From Rhopilema esculentum (Eukaryota), in the NCBI RefSeq assembly GCF_013076305.1, contig NW_027019762.1:5477008-5524260 (forward strand): a stretch of 47,253 bases of DNA. Direction: 5' to 3'. The notes under the pieces are model-generated. The model was not told the origin of the DNA and did not search any database. It saw only the letters and a list, made by a program, of their open reading frames with translations. The translations under genes were made by a program, and so were the position numbers. Positions 13,290 to 24,968 of the stretch are shown piece after piece (position 1 is the stretch's first letter; every line of letters starts with the position of its first letter).

Positions 13290-13680
13290 AAAGATGCAGA
13301 TCCCAGCTAGGAAATGTCACCTCAGACTTGTTTAAGACATGATTACTGGGTTCCAGGCTTTAAAAAGAGGTTTTGCAATAGATTAAGTTACAAGGTATTA
13401 TATGCTAACAATGTTGAGATGCAAACGCCAGCAGGTAGCTGCCTGCTTAGGCTACTTCTAGAATTGAGGCCTTTCAAAGATGTATTGCAACAGGCTCATG
13501 TACACAAAATTAAAAAATTACGTAAAATTTATGAAAGTACAAGGTTTGATATGTTGACAATAATAGAATGCAAATCCAAGCTGGTAAATGCTCTCTTAGG
13601 TTACTTTTAAGGCTTGAGTACTTGGCCCAGGCCTTGAAAAGAGTTTTTGCAATTAATAGAATTGAACAAATTGGCAAAAT
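13290..13680. repeat. Satellite-like tandem repeat, about 140 bp unit, roughly 2.5-3 copies
   Basis: The units share atgttga..atgcaaa.cc.agc.ggtaaatg…cttagg.tact…ggcc…ttgaaaagag.ttttgcaat at 13295-13400, 13420-13560 and 13560-13680. Confidence 0.55.
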
Positions 13681-13928
13681 CATGAATATATTGATGAAAA
13701 CAGACAGTTTGATAGGCTGAAACAGATATCATGCAGCCCTATCCGGTAACTAGCCCTATCATGTTTCTAAATACGTAAATTATAATAAATTATACACAGT
13801 GAGACAGACATATCAGCTAGACAGCGGGATCTGGGTCTATATTTAATCACCTAGTTAGATATGCAAAATGTTAAGAAGAGGCGACATCATCTCTATTGCT
13901 TTCCCAGAATTGTGAAACATATCTCTAC

Positions 13929-14023
13929 CTGCAAAGGAATGCTTCTGGAACTTTTTCCAATACAGCAGGGTTTTCTGGTGTATCATGATAGAAATGCATT
14001 GCTCCACCATTTCCAATGGATTG
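13929..14023 (-). CDS. Candidate internal exon of an unidentified gene
   Basis: A strong acceptor ttcttgttttcag|CAATCC and donor TTTGCAG|GTAGAG bound 95 nt. Two frames are open: QSIGNGGAMHFYHDTPENPAVLEKVPEAFLC, or SNPLEMVEQCISIMIHQKTLLYWKKFQKHSFA. I do not recognise a homolog. Confidence 0.25.
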
Positions 14024-15407
14024 CTGAAAACAAGAAATAGAATAACCTGAGCTAAAATTGTTTTCAAATGATCTTTATTATTCATACCAAAGCTAAGGGT
14101 TCTATTTTGAATATGTACATATTGTTGTTTCACTATAAAATAGGAAGCTTGGGTAGCTGAAAAGGGTTTATGAAAAGATTATTAAATAACAGTGCAAAAC
14201 TGATAGCAAAGCTAGGTAGCTACCACATTCTGTAGCTGAATGTGTGTGAACAAGCTGGTTCATTAAATAGCACATACTCCATTAAGTAGTGAACGAATGG
14301 CACAGGAAGTTCCCCGAGGAGCGGAGAAGCGGGGGAGCCTCTAGTAGTGAAACCCACGGGGTGTGTTCCAGTTCTGGTAAATGGAAGTGTGAGTTGAGAA
14401 TAGTTATTGTTACGGCCAATCGGGGCCTTTTCCGTTATAGTTTTGAATACAGCAAACAAGTGAGAAAATCACACGATTTAAATCTGTTCCATTCAAGGGT
14501 TGTTCTCTATCACTTGACCACACCACCTAAAAAAATCGAAGACTTGAGCATAATTTGCACAATTTCAACACCTTGGGCAACAATTGCTACCTTAATACAC
14601 AAAAATCGAATAATCAACCGTGTACCTTGGAGAACGGGTTAATGACGTCAGCTGAAGAGAACATAGTCAGTGCCTTCCACCAGATTCAACGAGGAAAGGT
14701 TCTTTTCAAATTCACCCTTTGTCAGATTCTAGGATTAGATAGCGAAAATTATCATTTTTAATAGCATGTGGAAAATTGAAAAAAATGATTGGGGCTAAAG
14801 TTTTGTTTTCCAAATCTACTATTTTCTATGAGTAAAAGGCCTTCAGTATTAAACAACAGTACCCCCTTACTCCCTTCGGCGCCCTTCGGTACCTGCAATT
14901 ACATGTTGATCATTCAACTATAAGAAGCATAAGATAATAGGACTTTGTTACAGAGAAGGAGAGCCCAAAATAGGATAAAACTAGCTTCATTAATGATAGG
15001 TCAGCCCAAAATGTGCGCTGAAAAGTGTCTGCAGCAAAAAAAACTGATTTCTTCAAATCCTTCCGATTAAATATTCATAATATAGTAAAATTTTCTAGTG
15101 TCAAGCTAAGATCTTTTCCAAAATAAGTATCAGGATCTGACGAGATCTCGTCCTATTATGGAGTGGCAAAGTGACGATATAAAAAAAATTATTCTTTAAG
15201 TTGTTGAACTTTGACCATATGACCTGAAACACACCATAAATCAACGAACTACATTAATTAAAACGTAGTTAAAGTATGCCTAAAAATTGTAAAAAAGTTT
15301 AAAACTTTTGAAAGAAAATTAGTGCAAGAAATATTCAGAATGTATTTAAAGCTAATATAAAAGGCGAGGCCGCAAAAATTTTCAGCTTGCTTCGCTCCAA
15401 GGGGACC

Positions 15408-15470
15408 TCATCTTTCCGCTTTGTCCCAGGGCCTCCGAAACCTCTCGGTGGTCAAAAGTAAAATATTACA
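15408..15470 (-). CDS. B3GNTL1: B3GNTL1-like putative terminal exon with TGA stop
   Basis: Acceptor is ttattgcag|TGTAAT (phase 0). Translation is CNILLLTTERFRRPWDKAER followed by a stop. The resemblance to the human C-terminus (LDLTGGAFEDNLRSL) is weak. Confidence 0.4.
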   Translation of the reverse strand, partial: CNILLLTTERFRRPWDKAER

Positions 15471-15550
15471 CTGCAATAACTGTAATCCAGTAAAAACTGT
15501 AATAATGAAAAAACTGTATTACTAAGGCTAAAGGGAGTCTGGAAACTTAC

Positions 15551-15628
15551 AATCTTGACACAGATGACCATAGGGGGAACTGCGTCCTTAAAATGGATGA
15601 TAGGAACAATGGGTACACAGTCACCATC
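15551..15628 (-). CDS. B3GNTL1: B3GNTL1-like exon
   Basis: Acceptor is ctgtttttgtttcag|GATGGT and donor is AAGATT|GTAAGT. The 26 codons translate as DGDCVPIVPIIHFKDAVPPMVICVKI. Human has [25 protein letters not shown]. Confidence 0.7.
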
Positions 15629-15704
15629 CTGAAACAAAAACAGCAAGTTCGAGTTAAAGAAATACAGCAGGCATACGAGCCCAGTTGAGCAGATAGTAAC
15701 AAAG

Positions 15705-15790
15705 CTCTGTCTGTCTGCAGGAAATGAAGTCGTTTTCGATCAATGAAGAGTAATTCTCGGTCTTGAAAATTGGCAACATTTTCCATTTTA
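15705..15790 (-). CDS. B3GNTL1: B3GNTL1-like exon candidate (boundaries unresolved)
   Basis: The frame giving NVANFQDRELLFIDRKRLHF aligns with human [20 protein letters not shown] at the expected position. I could not find a canonical GT-AG pair that joins it in frame to the flanking exons. Confidence 0.3.
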
Positions 15791-17369
15791 ATAATCTTTA
15801 TCATTAATATCAGCATGTCCGTAATGCTCTTTGGCATGGGGGTTCTCAAATTTCGTACAGAAGTAGAGTACTCATTCCTGTTGTGATCTTGAGCTGTCTA
15901 AATCCTGAAACTTTTCTCACATGACATAGAGTGAACCTAATGCTATGGTAATACTAACTGAACACAAAGCCCGTGTGCAAAAATAAAGCAAAGCAGTAAC
16001 AAGCTCAGCACATATTTGAAACGTGGAAGCAATGAAACAATTTATGGACCATCAGGATTATGATTATGATTTTGATCATGTTAAGGCAATGAAAAATATA
16101 ACAGAGAAGAAATGACTTAAATAGCTTTAAACAAATAGCAAAGAGAAAGAAAACATGTTAAATCTAAGCTACATCGAAATTTTGGTAGGAAAATAACCTA
16201 GTGGTAAAAAATCATAGAATTTTATAGTGCATTTTGTACTGGAATGGTTTCATTACCCTTGAAAAATTTAAAGATATCATCTTGAAAGGGAATTGCTGAC
16301 ATTTTACATTTTCTTTCAGAATCAATTTCAGTACCCTCTTTCATATCGTGAAGGATGGTTGAATCTAATCGCAGCCTAACTTTAATTATTCACGATAGCG
16401 ACGGATCAAATCAAAGACCAGGTAATGTAAAAACATTGCATCATAAAAGTGACCTTCAACAGCTCACATCTGTATTCTCCTTTTGATATTTTCTTCTCAT
16501 CAACATCACACAGTGCCAAGACCTGTCGACATGGGAAAACAATGTCTTATCACAATTGACTTTCTCAAAAAATTGTAGCTTTTCAGGAACTGGAAATATC
16601 GCAACAAGACATGCACACACACATAAACGCCTAAAATATTTCCTATTTGAGATATAATCGATCTAAAATTCAAATCTTCAAAGGAAACTATATCTGCTAC
16701 GCAGTCATAATGAGAAATATTTTATGACAAGGTAGATAATAAAAAGGAATATCAATGTAAAATATATTAAAGATAGAGTGTATTAAGGGTATTAAAGCCC
16801 AGCTGAAATCTTTAAAAATTGTTAGACCGTTACATTCTAGTTATATTCAAAACCAAATTTCAAAAATGATTATGGTGTAAATTTTACCAGACACTTGCTA
16901 AAATGCGCAAATGACTTTGGTAGTAGCCTGTTGCTTAAACTGGAATTTTGGAAGAATTCATGATAGAAGTGACGATGGTCTTAAGGGGGGGGGGATGGGG
17001 GCCTTAAGTATAATATACAATTAAGAATACAGCAAGCTTGACAAAAATTATGATGAGGAAAAGATCTAATGCATGTTCGTCTGAAAAATGGACAATATTT
17101 TCATGAAGATATGCCAATGCTCTTTGGGTAACACAGAATAATTATCAATCTTTCTCATTTGACAAATTGTTTCGGAAATTGACAAATTGCTTGCCAGAGC
17201 AGAGACAGTCATTGCTTTGCTCTGCATCTGTATCTCTTATTCTAATTTCCAACAGTATATTAGAATAAACTGGGTAATTGCATAAGGTAATGGAATCCAC
17301 CCATAAAGTAGTAGCTGAGAAAAGCTGAGATCTATATACATAGTTTAATCGCCTTTCGAGTAGAAATAC

Positions 17370-17630
17370 CTTGCCGCGATCCTTCTGAGTGAGTGATCGA
17401 TAAAATCTTCGACCTTGCTTGCCTGCATTCCAAATGGTAAAATTTTGCCACTTTGAAAGAACTTCAACCTCAAGGTGGCTCAACCGTATGTCCCATATCG
17501 TTTCTTCGCTCACACTGAAGGAGGCTGCATTTTCATGATATCGGTACAATAAAAGCGTCTCTTGGACACGGTAAAGTTTGCCGTTGTTCTTCAAATGTTT
17601 GTAAAAAAACGTCAGGTCCTCGGGATGACC
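17370..17630 (-). CDS. B3GNTL1: B3GNTL1-like exon (conserved LLLYRYH…[18 protein letters not shown] core)
   Basis: Acceptor is ttcattttcacacaag|GGTCAT and donor is GGCAAG|GTATTT. Translation is [87 protein letters not shown]. Human has [81 protein letters not shown]. The ORF-track entry 17145..17594 runs on into the intron. Confidence 0.8.
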
Positions 17631-17811
17631 CTTGTGTGAAAATGAAAAACTTTAGAATGACAGCAAAGCAATTGAATACCTCTGCATAAACTTTACAAAT
17701 GGGTAGCAAACTCATTTTACAGGCAAAATCTCTCGTATATTTACTTTGTGTTACTAGTGGGCAGATTTGAGAAGGAACGTAGAAGGAACTGAAAATTCGA
17801 ACGTTACTTAC

Positions 17812-17907
17812 CTTGCCGATCTCATCAAAATAGCCAAGATATTCAATTAGATCTCTAGAGCAAAACCATGTTGGTTGTATCAGCGTTGGTCCAAAGGATG
17901 TATAAAT
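17812..17907 (-). CDS. B3GNTL1: B3GNTL1-like exon
   Basis: Acceptor is cctcgtag|ATTTAT and donor is GGCAAG|GTAAGT. The 32 codons translate as IYTSFGPTLIQPTWFCSRDLIEYLGYFDEIGK. Human has [32 protein letters not shown]. Confidence 0.75.
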
Positions 17908-18246
17908 CTACGAGGCATCATAGAAGATAATCATCATTCATAGATACTGACCAAGCCTGCAATTCCTATGCATTAAAACAGGTTTGTACTCAAGAACAGT
18001 AGTCGAAGCATTTTGAGACTATCTTCTAAGAATTCGATATGCCAAATGCATGTACGAAATGGAAATCACGCAGAAAATATTACGAACTTGCTTGGGATTG
18101 AAACTTAAAGCCGAATACTAATGCAACTCTAGTTTAAGATCACCAAACGCTTTTTAATGATGGGCAAATGTAAGAGAGATGCTGTACACGGCAGTATCTT
18201 ATTTTGCATGTTACAACTACTGTTGGTAGATGAAATATAAACACAC

Positions 18247-18342
18247 CTGGGTAGAAAGCTGTATTTGTGAAAGGCTGTTGTGCCATGTTGTGTATCTTGG
18301 TGTTGAATCATCTGGAACTCTTTCAAAATTGCAGCCAATTAT
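18247..18342 (-). CDS. B3GNTL1: B3GNTL1-like exon
   Basis: Acceptor is ttttcattag|ATAATT and donor is CCCAG|GTGTGT. The 32 codons translate as IIGCNFERVPDDSTPRYTTWHNSLSQIQLSTQ. Human has [32 protein letters not shown]. Confidence 0.75.
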
Positions 18343-19563
18343 CTAATGAAAAGAACGATGATCTAACCAGTGATAATCAGATCTCTGTGCTTTGTATTCA
18401 GGTTCAACCCCCCTCATTCCTTGTGCATATAATCAGGTCTTCATGACTGACGCATGACTGACAAGAAGAGCTTGACGCACACATTAGCAGAATAATTATT
18501 ACCCAACGATTGCAATAGGTAACGTTAAAATAAAGATTGGAATTAACACTCTTTAAAATGAATTTTGCTTATTACTCAATAACCCTAAAACGATACAATA
18601 AAGCAAGATAAGGGGGTAAAGAGGACTAGGAACAAAAACTACAGTTGTGTTTCATAAAAGCAATCAATTTGGAATAAGATGTAGGCTTATCGGTAGTAGC
18701 ATTGCTATACAATTGGTATTCATATTTCAAGGCCAGTGGAGTGGAAAAAATAATCTTGATATAGATTCAACTATTTCAGGTGTATTTTCAAGCAAAAAAT
18801 AAGAGATATACTTACAGTATTCCAATCTAGTGCCAAGGCCACCTTCAACTGCAGTTCAAGTCTTTTCGACAGCATAACATCATCCTGTCAGGTCAATATA
18901 TCCTGATACTGGCATATATAGATTTTGATGATAATATTCAAATCATTAAATTTCTAACAATACGTTTTTCACTAGAAACATCCAGTGAACCACAAATAAC
19001 TGCTGTACTTAGACATACTGAGTCTCAGCAAAAATGTTTACATCTTCATTTACTGAGTCTCAAATGAATGTCTTTACTTACTGAGTCAAAGAAACAAATG
19101 TATTTGCCATTACTTTGCCTGATTGCAGCATTCTTTGCAGCCCCAACTAGAACAAAAGCCAGAATCAGGGATAAAAATATGTTTGAAACCAGCAACTTAG
19201 TTTAATTTTGTTCAGTAGCAAATAAAGCACCACATTGGGACTCCTATTAAAATCCTCAAAGAAACTACTAAAACAAGATCTCAATGCCATTTGAGTTTAT
19301 GAGCTTAAGAAATATTTACAATTGTGTGTTATATGTGTTTTCATAAATAAATATTTTGGCTTTTTCAGCCTAGACATTTAAGGGGTGGCAAAATAGCATG
19401 ATATTCATAAAGTTCTGTGTTTTATAGATTTCATGGATATATCAGGTGCAGCTTAAGGCTTGTAGGAAGCTTTTGTACAAACCTATTGTGGCCAGAAATA
19501 CTGACATGGCCAAAAATAGGCTTTAGATTTCTATTGAAAATTAACAGTGAATGTATGACATAC

Positions 19564-19708
19564 CGCCACTAGGTTTACCAGTTTTGTTGCTACCAATTGT
19601 GACTTTCACTAAAAGCTTTTCCAAAACAATTTTCCATTTGTCAATGATGTATCGAGAGCTATCCTTGAAAGTGGCAAAAAGGGAAAATAGAGTATGAGGT
19701 GTCAATTT
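19564..19708 (-). CDS. B3GNTL1: B3GNTL1-like (GT2 family beta-1,3-N-acetylglucosaminyltransferase-like) exon
   Basis: Acceptor is accaacag|AAATTG and donor is GGCG|GTATGT (phase 1). Translation is KLTPHTLFSLFATFKDSSRYIIDKWKIVLEKLLVKVTIGSNKTGKPSG. Human B3GNTL1 has [50 protein letters not shown]. An alternative acceptor 10 nt upstream is possible. Confidence 0.55.
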
Positions 19709-20283
19709 CTGTTGGTTCCTTATATACAAGAAATTTAATAGATTAGTATCAATTAGAAGTATGTATATCAAGTATACACATTAAACTCAAAATTTCAACT
19801 GCTTTCAATAACAGTATAATAATATTCTTGATAAGGAAGGTACATTGCCCTGCTGATAAATGCATTCATTATATGAAATATTATGGCGATTTGCCAATGA
19901 ATATAATATTTCCTTGGCATAAAGGGTGCTATTCCTTTGATAGTCTTCAGACTGCTAGACTAGTACCTCTTTTAAGGAATACAATAAAATATTATGCAGA
20001 TTAGAAATAACTACAAAAACACAATCTTTCATGCAATCTTTCATATATTTTCATGCAATTGCAGTAGTAGAGCTTCAAAATAAACAAAAACAACTGGACT
20101 GGATAGAATACATGTGCATACACCAATTCGACTTACGACCTCTCTTTGGAAATTTCTCCAAATTTAATCATAAGACTTTTTTAAGCTCAGATTTGGTTTT
20201 ATCGTCATAATTTTAGGCGGGATACCATTTTTCATATTGTTTGAGCTTGTATTTTAGATTTTACCGAGAAATGAAGTTTGAAA

Positions 20284-20370
20284 ACTTGTAAGGGATTTGA
20301 CTGCAAAAATCGTTTCGGGGGGAAACTTTACCCCCCTAGTCGCCAATCACAGTCAAATCCCTTATAAAGT
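20284..20370. repeat. 15 bp inverted repeat (acttgtaagggatttgactg / cagtcaaatcccttataaagt) enclosing a G6…C6 hairpin
   Basis: The arms sit about 45 bp apart and enclose cggggggaaactttacccccct. This could be a MITE or foldback fragment. Confidence 0.4.
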
Positions 20371-21707
20371 TTTTATCTTTATGTCGTCATAAAATGAATA
20401 TTGTGAGCAATATCATAATAAAAACTTACAAGTAGACTAAAATCATTGCTGTCAATCCGAATCTGAGGTCAAAAATTTTGTACAAAAGAATTTTTAAAAA
20501 TGAGGCCGTAAGTTGAATTGGTGTATTAGAATACACTAGCTTCATCAAAGAACTTTTTATAGAATTCATAACTCAGTAGAAGAATATTTCATTCATTTTC
20601 TTAGTTTAGACTGTTAATGTGTCAAAGAGAAGCAAAAAGGAGGTCTAACAAAAAACTTACAGTGGAAGCATCATCATAAATTGAGACCTCAAGTGACTCT
20701 CTCCATGTCTGCTGGCAGATTGATTCCAGTGCTGCATCTAGCCATTGCTCTGCATTATATACAGGGATCACAACAGACTAAAAAGACACAGGCACACATG
20801 TTTGAACTCATAAATGACTGATTAGTTTACATGCGCTGATCACTTGCTTTTGCAGAAATGCCAATAAATATTGCTGATATAAAACTTTTAGTTGAACCAC
20901 AAACTTTTACAAAAGCACCTAAATCATTTGCTAACACAAACCAGGTGATTTTGACCACTTAAAAAGTAGTGCATGGTTATGCATCAATTAAGCCTAGGTT
21001 CACCAAGCAACTTAACAGTTGTTCCATTTCCTTATCAACCAATATTAAGCTATGAAAGTAGATGCTTTAAAAACTGGCATATTCAGATTTATTTTGCATA
21101 GAACAGCCCAGATCTCTAGAAAAATTGACCAATTTTCAAATTGATCAGGTCTGATGCGACACAAACTTTGAGTACTGTGATGTTTTATGTTAAAAAGTTT
21201 TTAGTCTACACATGGAATAACTTTTAAGTGGGAACTTAGCCTGCTTGGGTAAGGGTTACAGTTGAATTTGACAAATACATCTTTATGCTGAATGTCCTAA
21301 ATGTGTTTACACATATATGCATACCCTAACACATCATCCTAATTGTGCATAAATTAGTGAGCAGTTTCTGAAACACTAACAAATAAGCAACAAGGAGGAA
21401 ATTTGATGTAAGCAGCATATCTCTTGGTTTTTTACCATAATAGGCAAACAACTTCTTAAGCGTGAGAGTGATGATGATTAAAGCTGCAACTTTGGATCCT
21501 AAAATTTGGGAATTATCCAACAAGGATTGATTGCTAATAAGGTTTTACATTTTGAGCTTTAAGAACTTACAAAATAATTTTTTCTAATTTCAGCAAATTG
21601 ATACTGTCTCAGACTTGCCCAAATGTGCAACAAAAAATCTATTTTTAACGTTTTTTGATAAAAAGATAGGCCTAGAATTTGAAACCAAATTCGATAGCAC
21701 ACACCGT

Positions 21708-21733
21708 ACAGTACACACACATACACACACAAC
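21708..21733. repeat. (CA)n microsatellite, imperfect
   Basis: acacaccgtacagtacacacacatacacacacaac. Confidence 0.6.
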
Positions 21734-22184
21734 ATGGAAATTTACAGATCCAAAATCAATACCTTGTTTTAAAAAAAGCATTCACTGACAAGATCTCCCA
21801 TTCCTAACTCTTATGTCCATTAGATGCAATGCATGAAGAAATTAATTTGTGAGGTATCTTTGAAAACAAAATTTGAAATTCACCACAGAAAAGAATCAAA
21901 GCATCAACTACATCATGCAGCTCAACGTCTATATTATATTCCTAGAGTAAATGCCTTTTACTTCCCTTTGCATTTTGTCAATGCCAAAAAAAGAATCGTT
22001 AATATCTAGAGTGGGTAGTCTGTTTTTATGGAACAGTCAGTTGAACTGTCAAGTGTTTTCTTCAAGAGAATATAATCCTTTATTTGGTCAATTGCAGTAT
22101 TTTCTTATCCATCAAGTATGCAAAGTGTCCCCTATATTAAACGCATCTTTGAACAAATACCCCTAACAAGGGCATGAGAAATCA

Positions 22185-22297
22185 AAGAATCCCAGGCTGT
22201 TTTTCACAATACCAAATGTCAACCATGTGAAATGTACCATTAATGGTACATTTCACATGGTTGACATTTGGTACTGTGAAAAACAGCCTGGGATTCT
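22185..22297. repeat. Near-perfect palindrome (about 113 bp, roughly 56 bp arms, one mismatch, centre at ccattaatgg)
   Basis: aagaatcccaggctgtttttcacaataccaaatgtcaaccatgtgaaatgtaccatta | taatggtacatttcacatggttgacatttggtactgtgaaaaacagcctgggattctt. Confidence 0.85.
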
Positions 22298-22516
22298 TCA
22301 CCCTGAGCAGAATAGAATAGAGTTGTAAGAAAAACTTAACGACAAAATGGCTATTTACCACTAAGATCTGGGATTCGCAGGTGCTTCTTTTGTTACAGGT
22401 CACCTTCATTGTTATTTGGAAGAAAAATTTTAAGGTGTTCATGCAATCCCATGCTATCGAAATTTGTTGTCAGCTCCACTCGAAACTTTTACCACATGGT
22501 TGTTTTTCCTTCGAGA

Positions 22517-22517
<1 letters not shown>

Positions 22518-22547
<30 letters not shown>

Positions 22548-22548
22548 A
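22518..22548. repeat. (GTT)n/(GCT)n trinucleotide microsatellite
   Basis: tggttgttgttgttgctgctgttgttgttg. Confidence 0.6.
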
Positions 22549-24554
22549 ATTGCAATTTTCTTGAAAAAAATGTTATTAGAAAATGAAAATTAATCATGAG
22601 CCAAACCTTGAGTTGAGCTTTTCATCCACATCTCGGTAAAATTAGAAAAAATCGCTGAAAATTTATCCTAACATACGTAGTATGCTGGTGACCTCATCTC
22701 ATGCATACCGATGATCTCATTCTTACATCTGAACAAGCCTATGCGTCTTTTTTCAAGAAACACTTTCTTAATATGTATACAAATATGACACACTTTCTCA
22801 AACCAAATCTTTAGTATCCTTTGAGAACAAAACCTTTTGGAGTCATTAACTGAAACATACAGTTAATATGCCTATACCTATTCTTGTTCAATTATGTATT
22901 AGTTAGTTTCGATTAAAAACTTACTCCAAACATTTGAATTCTTTTTTCATTTTTGAAAATGTACTTAGATGTACTTTGTCAGGAAATAATATATAAATTA
23001 TACAATAAGAGCTCGTGAGATAAGAACATGGCTTTCTCAGCGAACCTCGAATGTGTCATGTGACTACGGTTTTTTCTCGACTCCCTGTGACACAATTTTC
23101 GCGGGAAAACGTCATATTGTATCATACTCTAAACATTCCAAATCTTGGTGTAGATGAAACGCAAAGAAACAGTGATCAGATTTCTATGAAAAATCATGAT
23201 ATTTTATATTTGACAATTTGGATTTTACTCTCTGCGATTTAAAAAAAATTGTTACAATACTCGGTAAGTAAGATAAAATCTTGAATCAATAGAATCCTTG
23301 TTCTCGTGCTTGATGAGATAACGCGTGCTTGAAGGATCTGTTTAGCAGCATAAAAAGCATCATCTACGTGATTCACAATGCAAGTCTTGTACCAGGGTTG
23401 CCAGATGGGGTTTACAAAAAAGGCCAAAGATTAAAAAAACCAAGGCCAAAATATGTATAAAAAGATAAATAAACTGCACAATCGTTTATATTTATGTATT
23501 GTACATATTTAACTAACTCGAAAACAAACTGAGAAAGTTTCTCCTTAGAAAACAATTCATTTGCTCACCCTTAGGCTAGATAATGCTTTTTTTACATTTG
23601 GAATTACACTTTGTTTTCATGCTCTTTCAATTTAAAGGATAAGATTGCTGTTTGCCTTTGAGTTGATAGAAAACAAAGGAATGTCCTCAAATTTTTGACG
23701 AGAAAAGACCAAATGAGGCTAAATTTAAGTGGTAGGCCCGACCAAATTTTCCAGGCAATTTAGTTAAAGGCAATCTGTGACGACGTTGATTGATTATAAG
23801 AACAAAGGGATTTTTTATTGTTTCCAGTCCCCCTTTAATTTATCGCATTGTAAAAAATATGGCGGAGCGCTGGAATCGTGTTTAGGCTATTGTTCCAGCT
23901 ATTGTTCTCGTCAACAAATCCACAACGAGACAGATTGCCTTTAAACTGGAAAATTTGGCCTTGAAATGGCCAATCTGGCTTCCCTGTTTGGTACTGTTTT
24001 GTATAGGTGTCTTCTTTGCTAATTAGTGAAATACTGTATGCCTCTTTATGTACTGTACGCCGGAGTTGTTTTCCATTGTAGGGTAGTGTCCGATATCTGG
24101 AAGTCACTTTTACAAGACTATGATAGCAGGAAAGATGCGTTGGACAAGCTTTGTAGTCCGTTGTAAGTAGATCTGCAAGGTGTTATCACAGGTAACAAAC
24201 TTTTTTCTGCAGAATGGGGGTGCCCATTATTTGGAAGTGTATATTACCTGGATCCTTTTATCAAAATCACCACCGATTAGGTCTATCACTCATAATACTA
24301 GTGTTGTGATTATGGCATTTCCTGGCTTTTTAACAGCGTTTTCAAAACTAGAGGGGTTACGATATACGGTTTTGCCATCAGAATCAACAAAATATTGAAA
24401 AAGCAACTATATGCAATACATAATCAAGCGAAGAAACCTTGATGATTGATTAACCTAATGAAGCATCTGTGTTATAATTATTAAATTACTATTTAATGCT
24501 TAACATATATTTATTAAAAAATGTTAACAGTTAAACGTGCTACACAAACAAAGG

Positions 24555-24968
24555 TTATAACAAAGCAAACTCTAAAAGATTACACGTAGCCTCAACCATG
24601 TTGTATCCAAGTTCTAAACGTGTACACAGAGACGGGTAACAGAGATCTTTCTCTCGAACGAACAATTTTGCTTTGCGAAGTGCTTCCGATATTACCAACG
24701 GCCAATCTGGACGGGGACTATCGCAGATTTGCACTATATCCAACATATTTGGAAATGGCCGTATTGCCTCTCTTTGCACACTATCCAGCAGTACGGCAAA
24801 CATCATTAGTGTCACGATGAATTCAACAAGCTCGTTTTGAAGGTTAACACCTACAACAAATGAAATTAAACAAATCTTAAAGAACCACGTATTGAAAGCC
24901 TGTGACAATTTACGTACAAGTTTCGGACTTAAGTCTACAATGCCTACAAATGTCTTGGCACCCATCAC
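24555..24968 (-). other. Unassigned 137-codon open frame with a hydrophobic, transmembrane-like segment
   Basis: From the ORF track: …SQAFNTWFFKICLISFVVGVNLQNELVEFIVTLMMFAVLLDSVQ…. I recognise no domain and have not checked splice sites. It could be an exon, a transposon remnant, or chance. Confidence 0.15.

Noticed and set aside
17145-17330. C-terminal extension of ORF 17145..17594 (…VFLLERRLNYVYRSQLFS…NEKD) as B3GNTL1 coding sequence
   Set aside because: Homology to B3GNTL1 stops at QKDRGK, where a good donor (AAG|GTATTT) occurs. The remainder is intron read-through.
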